Source: Lama glama
Lineage: Eukaryota
Reading direction: 5' to 3'
Assembly: GCA_028534125.1 (NCBI GenBank)
Contig: CM052817.1
Coordinates: 88,600,001-88,664,000, forward strand
DNA: 64,000 bases
In this document: piece after piece, positions 1-13,344 of the stretch
How the letters are laid out: the number at the start of each line of letters is the position of its first letter
How positions within the stretch are numbered: the stretch's first letter is position 1
Notes under the pieces: generated by a model
Told to the model about the DNA's origin: nothing
The model's database searches: none
Seen by the model: the letters and a program-made list of their open reading frames with translations, nothing else
Position numbers and translations under genes: made by a program

Positions 1-949
1 TATTTTTATGTGCATATTAAATGGAGGTGAAAGTGAAGGTGGGACCCATGGAAGCAGTAGAAATCTTGAAAACATGCACGTGGAGAGTGCTGTCCCCTGC
101 ACAAAGCACCACCCCAAAATGCAAGCAACTCACCCAAATACTCCATTTGATGTCTCTTTGTGGTGAGTTTTGATTTGAGGAAATCCCTAAGCACTCATTT
201 ACACAAATAGCAGTTATACGGGTATTTAAACCAAGCAGAAAAAATAAACATGACTAAAAAGAAAATGAAAAAGAAGTTACATCCACTAGTGAAGAATTTA
301 ACAAAGGTATGTTAAAATATTTCTCTATGGTTATTCAAATCTGAAAAAAAATTTAAATTTAATTTAATGGTATTTCAGATGAGGCAAAGAATGATTAAAT
401 TAGTATATGATGAGACTCTTTTATAGATGACATGGAGATGAATTTTCTTGGTGGCAGCTGAGTCAAATGTAGAGTCTGCTATGTGTTTTATCATTCAGTA
501 GAATATGTCTTCTCTTTCTCCAAACTTTGCAAACCTACTGATTAATTTACCAATTAAACTATTTCCCCCATATGTCAGCAAGTTTGCAATGAATTTCTGT
601 ACAAACTTTTATATTTAAAAATCATATCACTGCATGCTCTCAGAGGTAATATGTGCATGAAAGAAGCCATTTAAACTATGACTATTCCAATAATTATGGA
701 TCTAGTGATGTATAATGATAAAAACACAAACTATTCTGACAGCATTTAAGCATTATTCGTGCCATGCCGAAAACTAACCAAATAAATGAATATTTTGAAA
801 ATCCTATTTAATCAATAACTCAAAGCACTGAATTCAGATCTTATGTCAATGGACCTCAGGCTGTCCTGGGCAAAAGACAGTGGGTTTTGGGCACTTTTTG
901 TTTCTTTTGTCTTTTGGACAAAAGACAGTGGTAAAAGACACTGGGTTGC

Positions 950-1100
950 TCGTTTAAAATGATTCCTACATCGCCCCATAATTCCTTTCTTAGTATGTGT
1001 GAGGTGACTTCAAGAGAGATTATTTTTAACAAGATCCCCCTGGGAACTATGGTGTAGGAAAGAAATTATGTGCCCACAGATCACACTTTGGAAAACACTG
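950..1100. mobile_element. MER5-family (hAT-Charlie) DNA transposon remnant
   Basis: 'ttttaacaagatccccc...gatcacactttggaaaacactg' resembles the MER5A/MER5B terminus; by eye only. Confidence 0.55.
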
Positions 1101-2689
1101 CCATTTTCTATTGAAACTAGTCGTGTAGCAGGATAAACACAACAGTCATGGACGAGTGACCAAATCACGTTAAAAGAAATTTCCTCAGAGATTTTCTGTT
1201 TGTATCAGTGTGAAGACCATTGCATGTGTCACCATAGAGAGAAAGAAGATAAGAAAAATACGTGAAATCTCAATAAAAATGAACATCAAAGCTTAGGAAT
1301 TTGTTTTAATAGATGCAAATTAGTGTCTATAAGAAGCTTAAAAGATGACCAATTCATTCATATTCTGAAGAGCTGGAAAGAGAAGCCTATAACTTTAATT
1401 ATTTCAACATATTTTTGCAACCCTGTATACTACACATGTGAGACACAATCATTTTGTAGCTTAAATCACTAATTTATGTAGGCTACAATAAGCCTTCACG
1501 CTGCAAAAGTAAATGACAGATTATTAATGTAGATATTTACATGGCATTCGGATTGAGTAAAATTTTAAGATATAGATTTTTTTTTCTTTGAAATTCTCTT
1601 TTTCTCTCATAAGTGAGATGCTCTGTTACAAAAAAGCTGCCTCCTATTGTTAGTTTATCCTTAAGCAACTATCAGGTATTCTTATAAGAAATACTGTAGC
1701 TTGTTTTTTGAGAAGCTGGTTAAATATAGCTACTATGGGCAGTCTGATTCAAAGGGCTCTTGAGATTCTGCTTGGGTGAACAGCATTGCTGTGGTAGGAA
1801 CATAATGGCTGTTCCTACAGGCAGAGCAAATTTTAGCTACTAGATAAAAGATGTAAATTCAGGTCAGTGCTTTAGTACAAAAAAAAATGTTATTCACAAG
1901 CTAACAAGTGTTCCCTTCCCCACTTGAGGTAAGCATTTCTCTTTTTCAGTAAATCTATATTTTTAAATATTTATCTATTTATATTTTTAAAGTTTCTTAA
2001 ATATTTTAAAGGACATAATTTATAAATGTTAAATCAACACAATTATACATAAAACTTTGTATAATTTCCAAATCAATGCAATGAAAGCAAATGGAAAGCA
2101 TGCTCATGAATCAGAGAATTATGATAACTTTTTTATTTTTGAAAGCAGAACCCCATTATATTATAATCTTTTAGAATAATATTTTACATTACTTACACTC
2201 TCTTAAAGGAGAATAGACAAAGCTCTGGAATGAAAATCATTTAAAAATCCCCAAGTCTTACATAATTCTATTTGAATATAAATTGCTTTTTAAGTGAAGC
2301 AGATTCCCCAATGTAAAGATGTATCTGCCCCCATTTTCCATCCTGTTGACATATGTTGGGGACAGTTTACCTTGTTTTCATACGGACAGGAATATTCAGG
2401 GAATTTCAGAGTCCCTCAAATTGGTGCCTAGTCCTTCTACTTCTAGACCTGCATACACTCACAGCCTAACACAAAAATAAAATGCAAGCAGAGAGACCCT
2501 TAAACATTCACAAAGCATAGATCTATTTAATTGACTATTTTAAGGCTATTTGCTGCATATGAATTTTCTTGTTCATGGGTAGTGAATGTAGATGAGGATT
2601 TCTACAAGATCGTATAATGAAAAATAATGTAAAAGAATTTTACTGAATGTGGTAGCTATTGAGAATGTGCTTTTTACATCTCTAAAGAC

Positions 2690-3134
2690 AGATAAGTTAC
2701 TTGATCCAAGGACCCATCTGCTGCCCTCTGGAATCTGTGTTGACACTGAAGGCTGAGGCTAAGTTCCCATGGTCTGCTCCCTGCCAGTGGCTCAGCCATC
2801 AGGGACACTATGGCAAGCCTGTCCCTGGGGTAAGCAAGACTCCTCCGACAGATGACTTTGTCTCATGGACTTTCTAATGACTTTGCTAAAACTCCTTTAG
2901 AACTCACGGTAGTCTACATGTGTTCACCCAATCTTCCCTCCTTTCCTGTTTCCTTCCTTCCTTTCTTCCTTCCCTCTCTCCCTTACTTGATGACTAACTT
3001 GAACTGGGGCCTCATGGCTCTCCCAACCTTCCCAGGCTCCCTTCCCATTCCCTCTCACAGATATTGCCCTTAAAACATTTTTTTGCATATTTAATCCCAA
3101 AGTGGTATCTAATTCTAAGAGAACCTAAAATAAC
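2690..3134 (+). mobile_element. ERVL solo LTR, LTR16A-like
   Basis: 3' end 'ttgcatatttaatcccaaagtggtatctaattctaagagaacctaaaataaca' and body 'ggctgaggctaagttcccatggtctgctccctgccag' resemble the recalled LTR16A consensus. Confidence 0.65.
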
Positions 3135-3439
3135 ATACCTAAAATAACAGTTTGTTTTGGATAATATAAACAAATATCTGTCAATGCTTTCTCCAATGGC
3201 TTTCCCCAAAAGAAGCCAAAAGTAAGCTGAGAAGTATCAAAGTGAACTTATCCAGGTAGGCATATAAAATCTGCAGTGATACTGAATAGGTAAATAATAG
3301 TTTTTATCTGACCTTTACTAATTGTGCTCCCAGATTCAAAACATTATACCCAGATTGTTTAAAAGAGTACTATGATATTTAGGGATATTTATTAGATAGA
3401 GTTACCCATCAATGAGAATGTCTACTAGTTTTTACTCAT

Positions 3440-5915
3440 TAATTTTATTATTCACTCAGCCAACAGTTATGGGGTACCTATGTATCACACACTGCTAAAT
3501 GAACAAAGCAAGCATCTTGCTCTTGTGAATCTTGCCTTCTGTAGGGCAGAGAGTGAGAGGCAAGAATAATAAGGATGAAATACAGAGAATGTCAGATGGT
3601 GAGTAAGGGCTACAAAGAGAATAAAGCAGAGTAAGAGGTACAGGGAACCCTGATAAGGTGGAATTTTTAATAGAGTAGTCAAGGAAGACCTTACTGAAAA
3701 GACAGAATTTGAGCAAAGACCTAAAAGAAGTGAGACAGTAAGCCATGTAGATATTTCACAGAAGAACATTCCAGGCAGAGGAAACAGCTAGTACAAAGAC
3801 TCTGAGACAGAAGCATGTCTGCAGGGCTCTAGGAAGACAAAGAACAGTGGCCGGAGCGGTGTGGGAAAGAGGAAGCGTGGTAGGAGGTCAGACACAGGAC
3901 AGGGCCGGGACCTTCTAGACCGTCTGTCGAGGGTTTTTTACTTCTCCGAATGGGATGGAAAGTCATTGGAAGAGCTGAGTAGAGATTATAGATGTGTTCT
4001 AAAAATGACATTTTCATTCCTGTGTATAATATAAGCACCGGGGGTAGACATGGGAGGAAAAACGTTAGGAGGCTACTTTCAAACCAGAGGAGAGGAGACA
4101 GTGACTGGGAAGTAGGTGACAGCCATGGTGATAATGAGAAGTCGAGTGTTGTTGGATATATTTTGTTAGTAGAAATGAAAAGATTGGTGGACCAGGTAAG
4201 ATACAAGATGTGAAAGAAAGAGGTAAGGTTGACTCTAAGTTTCTGGCTTGAGCAACTATACGATGGAGTGGTTATTGATTAGGTTGGTGTAGGAGTAGGC
4301 ATGTGTGTATGAAGGAGGTAGTGTTAAGGTGAACAGCAATTAAAAGTTTAGCATATTAAGCTTGAGATTCATGTGAAACATCAAACTGCAGTTTTTTAAA
4401 CCCGGGAAACAGAATTTTGGGGTCATTCCTGGGACCATCCAATACTTAATTCTTACGATGACCAAGCAAGTGAGTGTGGATAGAAGACAGAAGAGGTTCA
4501 GAGTCTGAGAAGTGAAAACTTCTGATCTTTAAATACTATAAATGGATTAGAAACTTCTAAAAGACACCGCAAAGGAGTATGTGCTGAGTTAAGCCAGGAA
4601 AGTGTGGCATCTTGAATTTCAAATAGAGAAAGTGTTTCAAGCAGGAGAAAGTGAACAATTGTGATAAATGATGATGGGTGAAGTGAGATGAGAACTGAGA
4701 ATTGCACAGTGGGTTCAGCTCTGTGGATATCAGCGCTGATAACTCTTTTAGGAAAAGAATTGGGTAGAGAAGACATAAAACCACAAGGATAGACAAGTCT
4801 TTAAAGCTTTTTCTTTCCTTTTCTTTTCTTATGAGAAGTAGAGAAATGGGTGATAATGGGTGGCAAAGGGAGTCAAGAGAAGCTCTTTTTCTTTAAGAAC
4901 GAGGAGCTAAAACCCTACTTACATGCCAATAAAGAAGATCTAGTAGAAAGAAAAAATATCTAAGAAAGAGAATGAAGGGACGGTTGTGGAGTGACTCCTT
5001 CAGATACAAGGTAGGAGGCATGGCATGGGCTTGTGGCAGACTTTGTCAGGGTCCAACTCGTATGTCTCAGAACAACCTGCCCAAGTGCCTCCAGTGAACA
5101 ACTTCCTTCTCCCCCTTTATTCATTTCTATGCCTGAGGACTTATTCTCTAGAGTCATGGAAGATCATCTATAAGATGAGCTAGAAGTTCCAGGGAATTCA
5201 CATCTCCTAAGAGCAGCCCTTAACCAAGGGCCTTAAACATTTATGTATAAAATACTCATTTTCTTTATCCCTTAGGTGGATAGTTCTAAAGCATGCATTG
5301 TATACTCTTTCTTAGAATCTCTCCAGATAACTGTGGTATCTGGTTTAATAATGTATAATTTATTGGATGACTTCTCTGCCCTTAATCACTTCTTCATTTT
5401 TAAATTATATATCATATACTCTCCCCTAAAATCCTCTTTTCATTCAAATCATTGTCTCAGAGCTGCTTCTGTTTAAACCCAGACTAGGGCAGGACTCTAG
5501 CATACAATGGGTATTTTAGACTTGGCTAAGAGTAGGGGGTCATTCAATGGCATTGGAGAAGAATGGAGGATGTGGGCATAGGTGCCCTTTGGTATGCGGA
5601 TAAGCGACAGGAGCTTGTGTAAGTACTCTTCCAATTGCGTCTATAATCTGAATGAAACTCAAAAAATGAGAAACTTTGGAGTTTCTCATCAGTTAAGAAT
5701 GAGGGGAATGGGAAGATTCTGGAGATTAAAAGTTATCTAGGAGATGGGAAAAGTGGACTAGGGTAATGATTACCCAAGAACATTAGGGAACTATGTGGGA
5801 TTAGTGATCTTAAAATTAAAGTGAGGCCTGTGAGACCTCTTTGCACCACGTGCTTCTTCTTCTGTCACATTGTTAGATGGGTGTAGGTGCAAATAGGAAG
5901 TTGGATAACCCTGGG
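3440..5915 (-). mobile_element. LINE-2 (L2), long 3' portion, interrupted by an LTR16
   Basis: Reverse-complement L2 tail near 3440-3490 ('attcactcagccaacagttatggggtacctatgt'), then L2a-type motifs 'gaagaacattccaggcagaggaaacagc' and 'gttggatatattttg'. Confidence 0.8.
5032..5491 (+). mobile_element. ERVL solo LTR, LTR16-family, nested in L2
   Basis: TG...CA termini, 'ccagggaattcacatctcc...gcagcccttaaccaa' core, 5 bp TSD gggct (5027-5031) / ggact (5492-5496). Confidence 0.7.
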
Positions 5916-5919
5916 CAGA

Positions 5920-6810
5920 CTGTAGCTCCCAAGTTCCCATACCTTCTTGGAAATATATTTAAGCCTGGTGTAACTGGAAAACTCTTCTCCCTAGCGTTCT
6001 AACTCAGCGTGCATAAGAATGAACATGACGGCTCCAGAGTTTGTACGTTTCTGGCATGGTCTTCCCAGGCCCTCTCAAGTGGTAGCTCTTTTCCTTCCCT
6101 CAATCTTAATGTGACTGGACCTGGATGTGTGATATCTGTTCTCCATGAACCACGTGGCAACTTCTGTACGATTCTCCCCTCTTCCATAAGAATCTCAAAC
6201 TTTGAATTTCATATCATCAAATTATATATTCCACTACCCCAAATGGCTGATTTCTTGGGTATTTTATTTTATTTTTATTGAGGTATAATTGACATATAAC
6301 TTTACATTAGTTTAAGATGTACAACATAATCCTTTGATATTTGAACACATTGAGAAATGATCTTCAGTATTTTAGTTCACTGTTATTGTCATGATAGTTC
6401 TTGTTTTCAAAAGCCTTAGATTAGCCTTGAATTTTAACTTCTGTTGCTTTCTTTTTTTCATGTAATCTTATCTTCTGCTCTTAGCCACTTTCTCCCATGG
6501 TTATTTCCTAGTATTGTCATTACTAATAACTTCTCCTCCATCTTCATCTCAACTCCAAAACCTCTCTTTCTCAGACCAACATCCTTAATTCCCACCTCAC
6601 TCCATCCAATACTTCTAATCCTGCAATTATTCAACACTCAGTAAGACACTGAAAACCGTAGATCCTATCACTTTTTTTTTCACTACCCATCACACTTTCT
6701 GTGTCAGTTTCTTTTTTTTATTCCATTGAAATCCCGATTCTTTATTATAATTAACCCTTTATTTGCACCCTGAACTCTGTTCTCCCTGGCAATTAGTTAT
6801 GCTTAGCCTA
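5920..6810 (+). mobile_element. L2 ORF2 endonuclease-region segment, opposite strand to the adjacent L2
   Basis: 'gccctctcaagtggtagc', 'ctttgaatttcatatcatcaaattatatattccactacccc' resemble the L2 5' ORF2 region; pyrimidine-rich + strand versus purine-rich upstream segment. Confidence 0.6.
6262..6385 (-). mobile_element. L1 3' end fragment (L1MA9-like)
   Basis: T-rich tail then 'attgaggtataattgacatataac...attagtttaagatgtacaacataat'. Confidence 0.7.
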
Positions 6811-8691
6811 CTGAATTAGTCAAGGTAAGGAATAATAAAGAACTCCAAAGATATTTTAGGTGTAGATTGATAAAGATAAAACTATAGAACAATCTCTTTC
6901 TATACATTAACCTGCTTATCTATATTTTAAGAACTGATTATATGTATTCACTGTCCTAAACACTGTGAAATATAAGCAGTACAAGAAGCAATCCTTCCAA
7001 GGGTAAGCTTGTCTTTGGTTTGTGCGTAAGTGTGGATGTGAGTGTGGGTCACAGCCTATTTATAAAATGAATTCTTAGGAAAATGTAAAATATGAATATT
7101 TGTTAATCTAGTCTGTGTCTATAAGAAATGACCTTTCAAAAGCTTATAGTTAGAGCAAAGATTATGAATGTAGAATGTCACCAAATTTAAAAAACAAACA
7201 AAGGATGAGGATTATTTCAGCAGGCTGAGAAAGTTTTTGTGGGGAAAAAGGAGAAAAACAATTGACAAAAAATGGAAACGAGAACAAAACAGAGGATGGT
7301 TTTAAGAGTGAGAAAGTATTCAAAAGAGATGAAATAATGCAAGTAGGTAGAGAAGGATGCAAATCTATAAAGTTTAATTTTGCAATATGAGATCACTGAT
7401 GAGTTTTGCAGAAAATTTTCTGTTAAAAGCTAATGTTGAAAGTAAAAATTGCACTGTGGATGAAAAAAATGGAACAGAATGAGACTTGCAAACATTAACT
7501 ATTTTATCAATATATTTGATCATGATGAGGAGGGAGATCATATTTACAGGCAGGTAAAGAAGGCTATTCTATAGTTGGTGAGGTATGTTGGCTCAACATT
7601 ACTAAGCAGGCAACTCAGTGAAAAGCAAGAGATTAAAGTGCTAATGTTTTTTGCAGTGCTCGTTCCCTGGAAACCACATGATGACACTTAGTTATTTAAT
7701 GCTGCCAGGGATTGCACTGTTAGACAACAAATATTTTTTTATATGCAGACAATCCTCCTTGAATCCCAGTTCTTCTACATTGCCATTGTTGAGGTTTTTA
7801 ATCTTCTCCTGGGAAGACATGTTTGATAGGCTGTCACCATATTTCTAGATTTTGCTGCTGCAAGATCCTTACAGTATTATCACAAGAGATGATTTTTGTA
7901 AGCCACTACAAGGGAAAATAGTAAGTAGAAACATATCATTTGCCTCAAAAATGTTATGCCTTATTCTCTGGGGGTGGGGTGAGGTGATAGGTACACATTC
8001 TTGATTATTTATAATGGCTCAGTTGGGTAAAAGATAAAATTGACCATTTGCTTCCCAAAGAAGAAAAGTTACACTGAAATGTCATAACTTCAATCATCTA
8101 TATTATATAGAATATCAGAGCATTTTCTCACTTGAAAAGGAATCACTAATCACATTCATATAATATTAAAGTACTCATATAGCATCAGCAAAATATATTT
8201 TTGCTTCCTTCTTCACTCCAGGTTGTATGACAAAGATTTTATATTTTGAAATTTTAAAAAACCTACCTTTAGGTGATATTTGATATTTGTCTATTATTTA
8301 ATATTACATTAAGAAGAAAATTTTTAAGAAAAGAGTCTTGTCAAATAAAATCCAAAGTCAACTAAAAACTCTCTGAACTGGTATCTCTCTCTCTGTTATG
8401 GATGTCCACATCATGCTTTATAGAATACCAAATTATTAAGCAGGCCTTAGCAAAAAGAAGGGAATTATCCTGGTACCTTGGCAAAGTTTCTAAAAGTAAC
8501 ATTTAACGTATGTCAGAGGCAAACGCAAATAATGTGAGCAGTCTTCCAAGTGAACTAACAGCATGACTTCAGAAAAGTCTTCAGATGATGCCTGCTTTCT
8601 TTCTTGTACCAATTGATTTAGAGACTTACAAATGATAAGTTAGATCATTTTTCTTTAGTTGTTTAGAGCTAAAATCTATCTTGATTCAATA

Positions 8692-9785
8692 TCTCATTCA
8701 TTCAGTCAATCCTTCATTCATTTTATTGAGCACCTACTATGCAATCAGTCTTCAGGTCATTATGTTTGAAGAGAGCAAGCAGACGAGGAGGAGGTATTGA
8801 AGTCAAAAAGAAAGTTAGGGACCAGATCCTAGGAACTTGTAGGTCATGCCCAGCACTATGTATTTGCTTTAAATATGCTGGTTTACCCTTAAAGGACTTT
8901 AGGATGGAAGTGAATCGATCATTGCTGTTAGTGTTGTTGTTTAAAGCACTCTGGGTGTTTAGTGAAGAAATGAGAGTAGAGGGATAGGATAATGTATTGG
9001 TTTCTAGGGATGCATAAAAAATTACCACAAACGGGTGGCTTAAAAGAACAGAAATCTATTGTCTCACAGCTCAGGAGGCTAAAGTCTAAAACCAAGAGTC
9101 AGCAGACTGATCACTCTGGAAGCTCTGAAGAACCTGTCCCATGCCTTCTAGCTTTTGGGGTTGCCTGCAAGTTTTGAATTCCTTAGCTTTTAGACCCTCA
9201 CACCAATCTTTGCCTCCATCTTCATACTGCCTTTTTCTCTTTGTGTTTCTATGTGTCCTCTCCTCTTTTTATAGTACATCTGTCATTGGAATCCTAAATC
9301 CAGGAAGATTTAATCTCAAGATCCTTAACTGATTATATATGACAAGATCCTATTTCCAAAAAAGTTTGCATTCTGAGGTTCCTGGTGTATCTATTTTGAG
9401 GGAAGGGGCACTAGTCAACCCACAATAGGTAGAAGGGAAAAAAACAAGATTAGGTAAGAAGTAATTTAAACAATCCAAGTAAAAATAATGACGGTGTTTT
9501 GGACTATAATATTGAAGGTGGAATCATGAGACATGATTATATTTATGGTATTTATAGTCAATAGAACTTGCTCAGGTAGTGGGAAAAATAAAGACTGAAT
9601 GCAATTCAAAGCATGCCTACTGGAAAATGATTGTGAAATTTACTCAGATGGGAAAAACTAAGAGAGAGGTAGGTTTACAGGGAAGTAGATTAACATTTCT
9701 GCTTTGGACATATTAAATACATGATGTGTATTGGAAATCCAAGTTGAAATATTAAGTTGAAAGTTGAATATTAGACAGGCTGCAG
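8692..9785 (-). mobile_element. L2 3' fragment interrupted by MLT1
   Basis: 'cattcattcagtcaatccttcattcattttattgagcacctactatg' is a typical reverse L2 tail; L2-like sequence resumes after 9428. Confidence 0.75.
8993..9427 (-). mobile_element. MaLR solo LTR, MLT1C-like
   Basis: 'tgtattggtttctaggg...aattaccacaaacgggtggcttaaaagaacagaaatctattgtctcacagctcaggaggc...cctatttccaaa'. Confidence 0.85.
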
Positions 9786-10094
9786 TCATACTGGTTAGTA
9801 GAATAAAAGTTTGGAAGTAAAAATTTCAACAATTTATTTTTTTTTGATCCATAAAATCATGTCTAAAGAAACTTTCTTTCTACATGATTAGCATATCGTG
9901 ATATTGTCCCGTTTGCTCAGAACTTAGTAGAAGTATATTCATCTTCATTGTCATGTCACACATTTTCCTTCCTGCTGTATGGCAAGACCAAGAAAAGTTC
10001 ATATATTCTGAAGGTGGCGGTCACATCCCTTGCTAACAGCAGAAGACTAAACCGGAAATAATCAAAGCCAGACAATCATCTGGCCTTCTTTGTA

Positions 10095-10205
10095 TTCCCA
10101 CCACACCATTTACTAAGTGTATGGCTTTGCAGAAGTCACTTAAACGCTCAATAACAATACCTATTTCTCAGAGAGATTACATAAGATCACCAGCTCATAG
10201 TATTT
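10095..10205 (+). mobile_element. MIR fragment
   Basis: 'ccatttactaagtgtatggctttgcagaagtcacttaa...aataacaatacctatttctcag'. Confidence 0.5.
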
Positions 10206-10984
10206 ATGAACGTTTGCTTCTGTCATATTTCTGCCATCTCTTTTTCATACTTTCACAGACCCTCCTCATACATTATACATATACATTATACACTTAAAAG
10301 AAACAAAATTACATACAATTTAATGCAATGGACATTAAATAAAATGTCCATTCAGCAAAGAAAAAAGGTGAAACTAACATGTCGACAAGCATGAGGAACA
10401 CTTCATAGTAGTTTTTAAGTCTGAGAGCTTAACCTAAGAGAAACTAAGTTTACTTCGTTCCGATTAATAGTGTTTGTATAGAGACAAAGAGGAATGCTCT
10501 AATTTAAATCCTTAGCATGCTATTCTGTATTAGACCACTGATGCTGTGGTTTGCCAATGTAGCATTTTTATTTCACAGCTTCCTTGAATAATTAAAAAGT
10601 GATGCACTGAGGATATACAAACACTTTATTAATATGCATCCTAATAGGATCTCCTGATTCTAATTGCCAAGCAGCATCTTTACCTACTACATTTCAGAGC
10701 TCATCAACTTCAAGAAGTTCTGCAGTTATACTCCTCCACATTTTCAGCCACTAAACACGTAAATCTCCAAGTTTACTCGATAACCTCACAGGATGACTGG
10801 GCCTCATTCATTTCATAAAAGTCATCCAAAAATTACTAAAGAAAAATAAATTAATGAACTAAAAACAAAAAAAAAGATGTTACAAAGAAAACAGTCCAAT
10901 TTGCCTTTGCACTGGCCCAGCAGACATAGAGGATAAGCAGGTAAAAGAAGATGAAGAGAACGGATTTATAGAACAACCACTAAA

Positions 10985-11160
10985 TGCTATGCACTTTATA
11001 AAGGACATTTCATGTCAGCATTGCCAATGGGCAGTAAAGGTATGATTTTCCTCACTCCCATTTGAAAGATGTCAAACCTGAGTGCTAGTGAGATTAAGTA
11101 GATCAAAGTTTTAAGCTTTAAGTAGTGAAGCTGAGAGTCAAACCCAAAACTATCTGACTC
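10985..11160 (-). mobile_element. MIR fragment
   Basis: 'ccatttgaaagatgtcaaacctgag...gagattaagta...gaagctgagagtcaaaccc...tctgactc'. Confidence 0.55.
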
Positions 11161-11929
11161 GGTGAATAAGTATCTGGTCTGTTTTTAGTAAAAACTAAAG
11201 TAACAGCAAAGTGGTTGTAGGAGAGATAACATGTCACTAATATAGGACTTACAGATGGTGTACTGGCCCCATCTATCACTGCTTTATTATGGGGGAGGAA
11301 GAAAACATGAAAAAGTGGTCAGGAATAAATAGATTTTAGCAGCACATTACTGAGAGCGAATTATTGATCAGACTTTAATGGGTCTAATGTTCATTCTTGT
11401 TTTTTTTTTTCTACAGGAAATTTTACATCATGTAGAAAACCACTCCTCTACTCATCACCATTTTGTAATTATTTTTCTATCTTATTTGTCTTAGGATCAG
11501 GGATAGAATTTATGACCTTTTTATGAGTTTACATATCTTCAGATTTAAAGATAAATTAAGTGCTACCACGTTCGAGATTACACTGTCATTATGCTTGACC
11601 TGGTTAATTATACTAACACACAATTTTTCCATAAAATAGTTTATAGTGATGTGTATTCTTATGCTCTACAGGCAATAATATAGTATGTGACAACCATCAT
11701 AATAATGTCTATGAGGGCAGGTTTACTTTTGTTTTAAAATACGCTTCATTCCAAGAGGGCTAAGAAATTCCAAGCCTGCAGTCAATAGAAAGTACTGAGA
11801 GAAAAAAGGCCCAAGGAATATTACTGCAGCCGGCCTTTCATGACAGAACTCAGACCACCTGAGAGTTAAATTCCACCCAAGATCCAGTAGGTGGGGTTGA
11901 AATCAAATCCACATCCAGTACAAACCAAG

Positions 11930-12560
11930 TGACATGTCTAAATATCTTTAAAGCCTTCAGAATGGAAAGAAAAGTAGAAGTAACACACGGAAGATTTCAA
12001 TCTGCCTTCACAGGAAAAATACCGGACTGATTTTAGACTTCTCATCTACAATACAACATTCTGAAATGTAATGAACAATAGCTCAAACCTGAAGGAAACA
12101 AATATATACCAAGCCTAAAAATTATCGACGTGTGAGAGCCAACTAAAAGCATATCAGCCTTCAGAGCAATTAGATACCTACATATATATCTGTATCTAGA
12201 CCTATATCTATATTTACATCTATCCAGTTGTAAAGAAATATGTACATTATTTCAACAAAAAAAAAGTAATTAAAAGAGGAGAATGATGTAAGAGATAAGA
12301 AACCATTTTAGATGATTGTTATCCACATGAAGTAAAGCAGTATTAATAAAATATTGATTTTTAGTAGAGCCTCTTTTAAGCAATAATATTTTACTACATG
12401 TGGTAACGTATTGCAATTGCAGTAAATAATAATCACACAATCATATTAAAATACTGGTTATTTATATTCAATATTTAGAAACTAGCTATAGTTTAAAAAT
12501 TACTGAATTGTGGATAACTAAAACAAAGTAAATAAAATTGACAATACAAGACAATAATAT
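11930..12560 (+). mobile_element. Ancient L1 (L1ME/HAL1-like) ORF1-region remnant
   Basis: 'ggactgattttagacttctcatctacaatac' resembles the L1 ORF1 region; A-rich + strand; highly decayed. Confidence 0.4.
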
Positions 12561-12821
12561 ACATAACAAACTTTGTTAGTAAGAGCATATGAATTTTGGA
12601 AGAATAATTCCCTTGCCTTTTATAATACGGCTGCTAGGTAGCATAATATTGACATAGTTTCCAACATAGGAAATATCAAAAAATTTAGAACACTCACGTT
12701 TTGTAAAATAAAACCGCATGGTTCAATTTTAAAATTGAAAGCTCCTTAATATTTGGCAGTTTTATCACCTGTCAACTGCACTAAAGTACTAGAAATTGTA
12801 TTGTCACCTTTTATTTACTTT

Positions 12822-13060
12822 CAATAATAAAAGTTAACAAGAGTTGAGACCTTACTGTAGACCAGGTGTTGTTCTAAATACTATATATGTATCAGTTCCT
12901 TTAATATTGACATCAGAACATGAAATAGGTAGTATTATCATTCCTATTTTGGAGATGAGAAAACTGAGGCACATACAGGTATATTAACCTTTCCAACATT
13001 GCAAAGATGTCATCTGAAAATCAATGTTTTGAACATAAGCATTAGATTCCAAAGCTCATA
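12822..13060 (-). mobile_element. MIR, near full length
   Basis: Core 'ggtagtattatcattcctattttggagatgagaaaactgaggcaca'. Confidence 0.85.
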
Positions 13061-13344
13061 CCCCCAACGAAGATGTCACAGTCTGCTATTTATGGTAATG
13101 AAATTTATAAACACATGTAACTAGGCAAAAAAAAGGAAGAAATTGCACTGAAATTGGCTAGAAGAATAAACAGACCAGAGAACCAATGTGAACCTCCACA
13201 TATGGTAAGTGGAATCAGCTAATGCTGATCGGTCATGCCATGGTGCTATAAATAGAAAATATGAACAGAGATTAACTCTTTGGTTACAGTGGGTGGGTCT
13301 GGTCTTTTATTATTAAAAAAAAATAAAAAAAGAGGAAGAACAAG

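Noticed and set aside
3485..4796. Several 73-125 aa ORFs
   Set aside because: All lie within decayed L2; no intact RT or endonuclease motifs
11395..11500. Strong acceptor 'ttttttttttctacag' at 11416
   Set aside because: Derived from a poly-T run, with no convincing donor or recognisable peptide downstream
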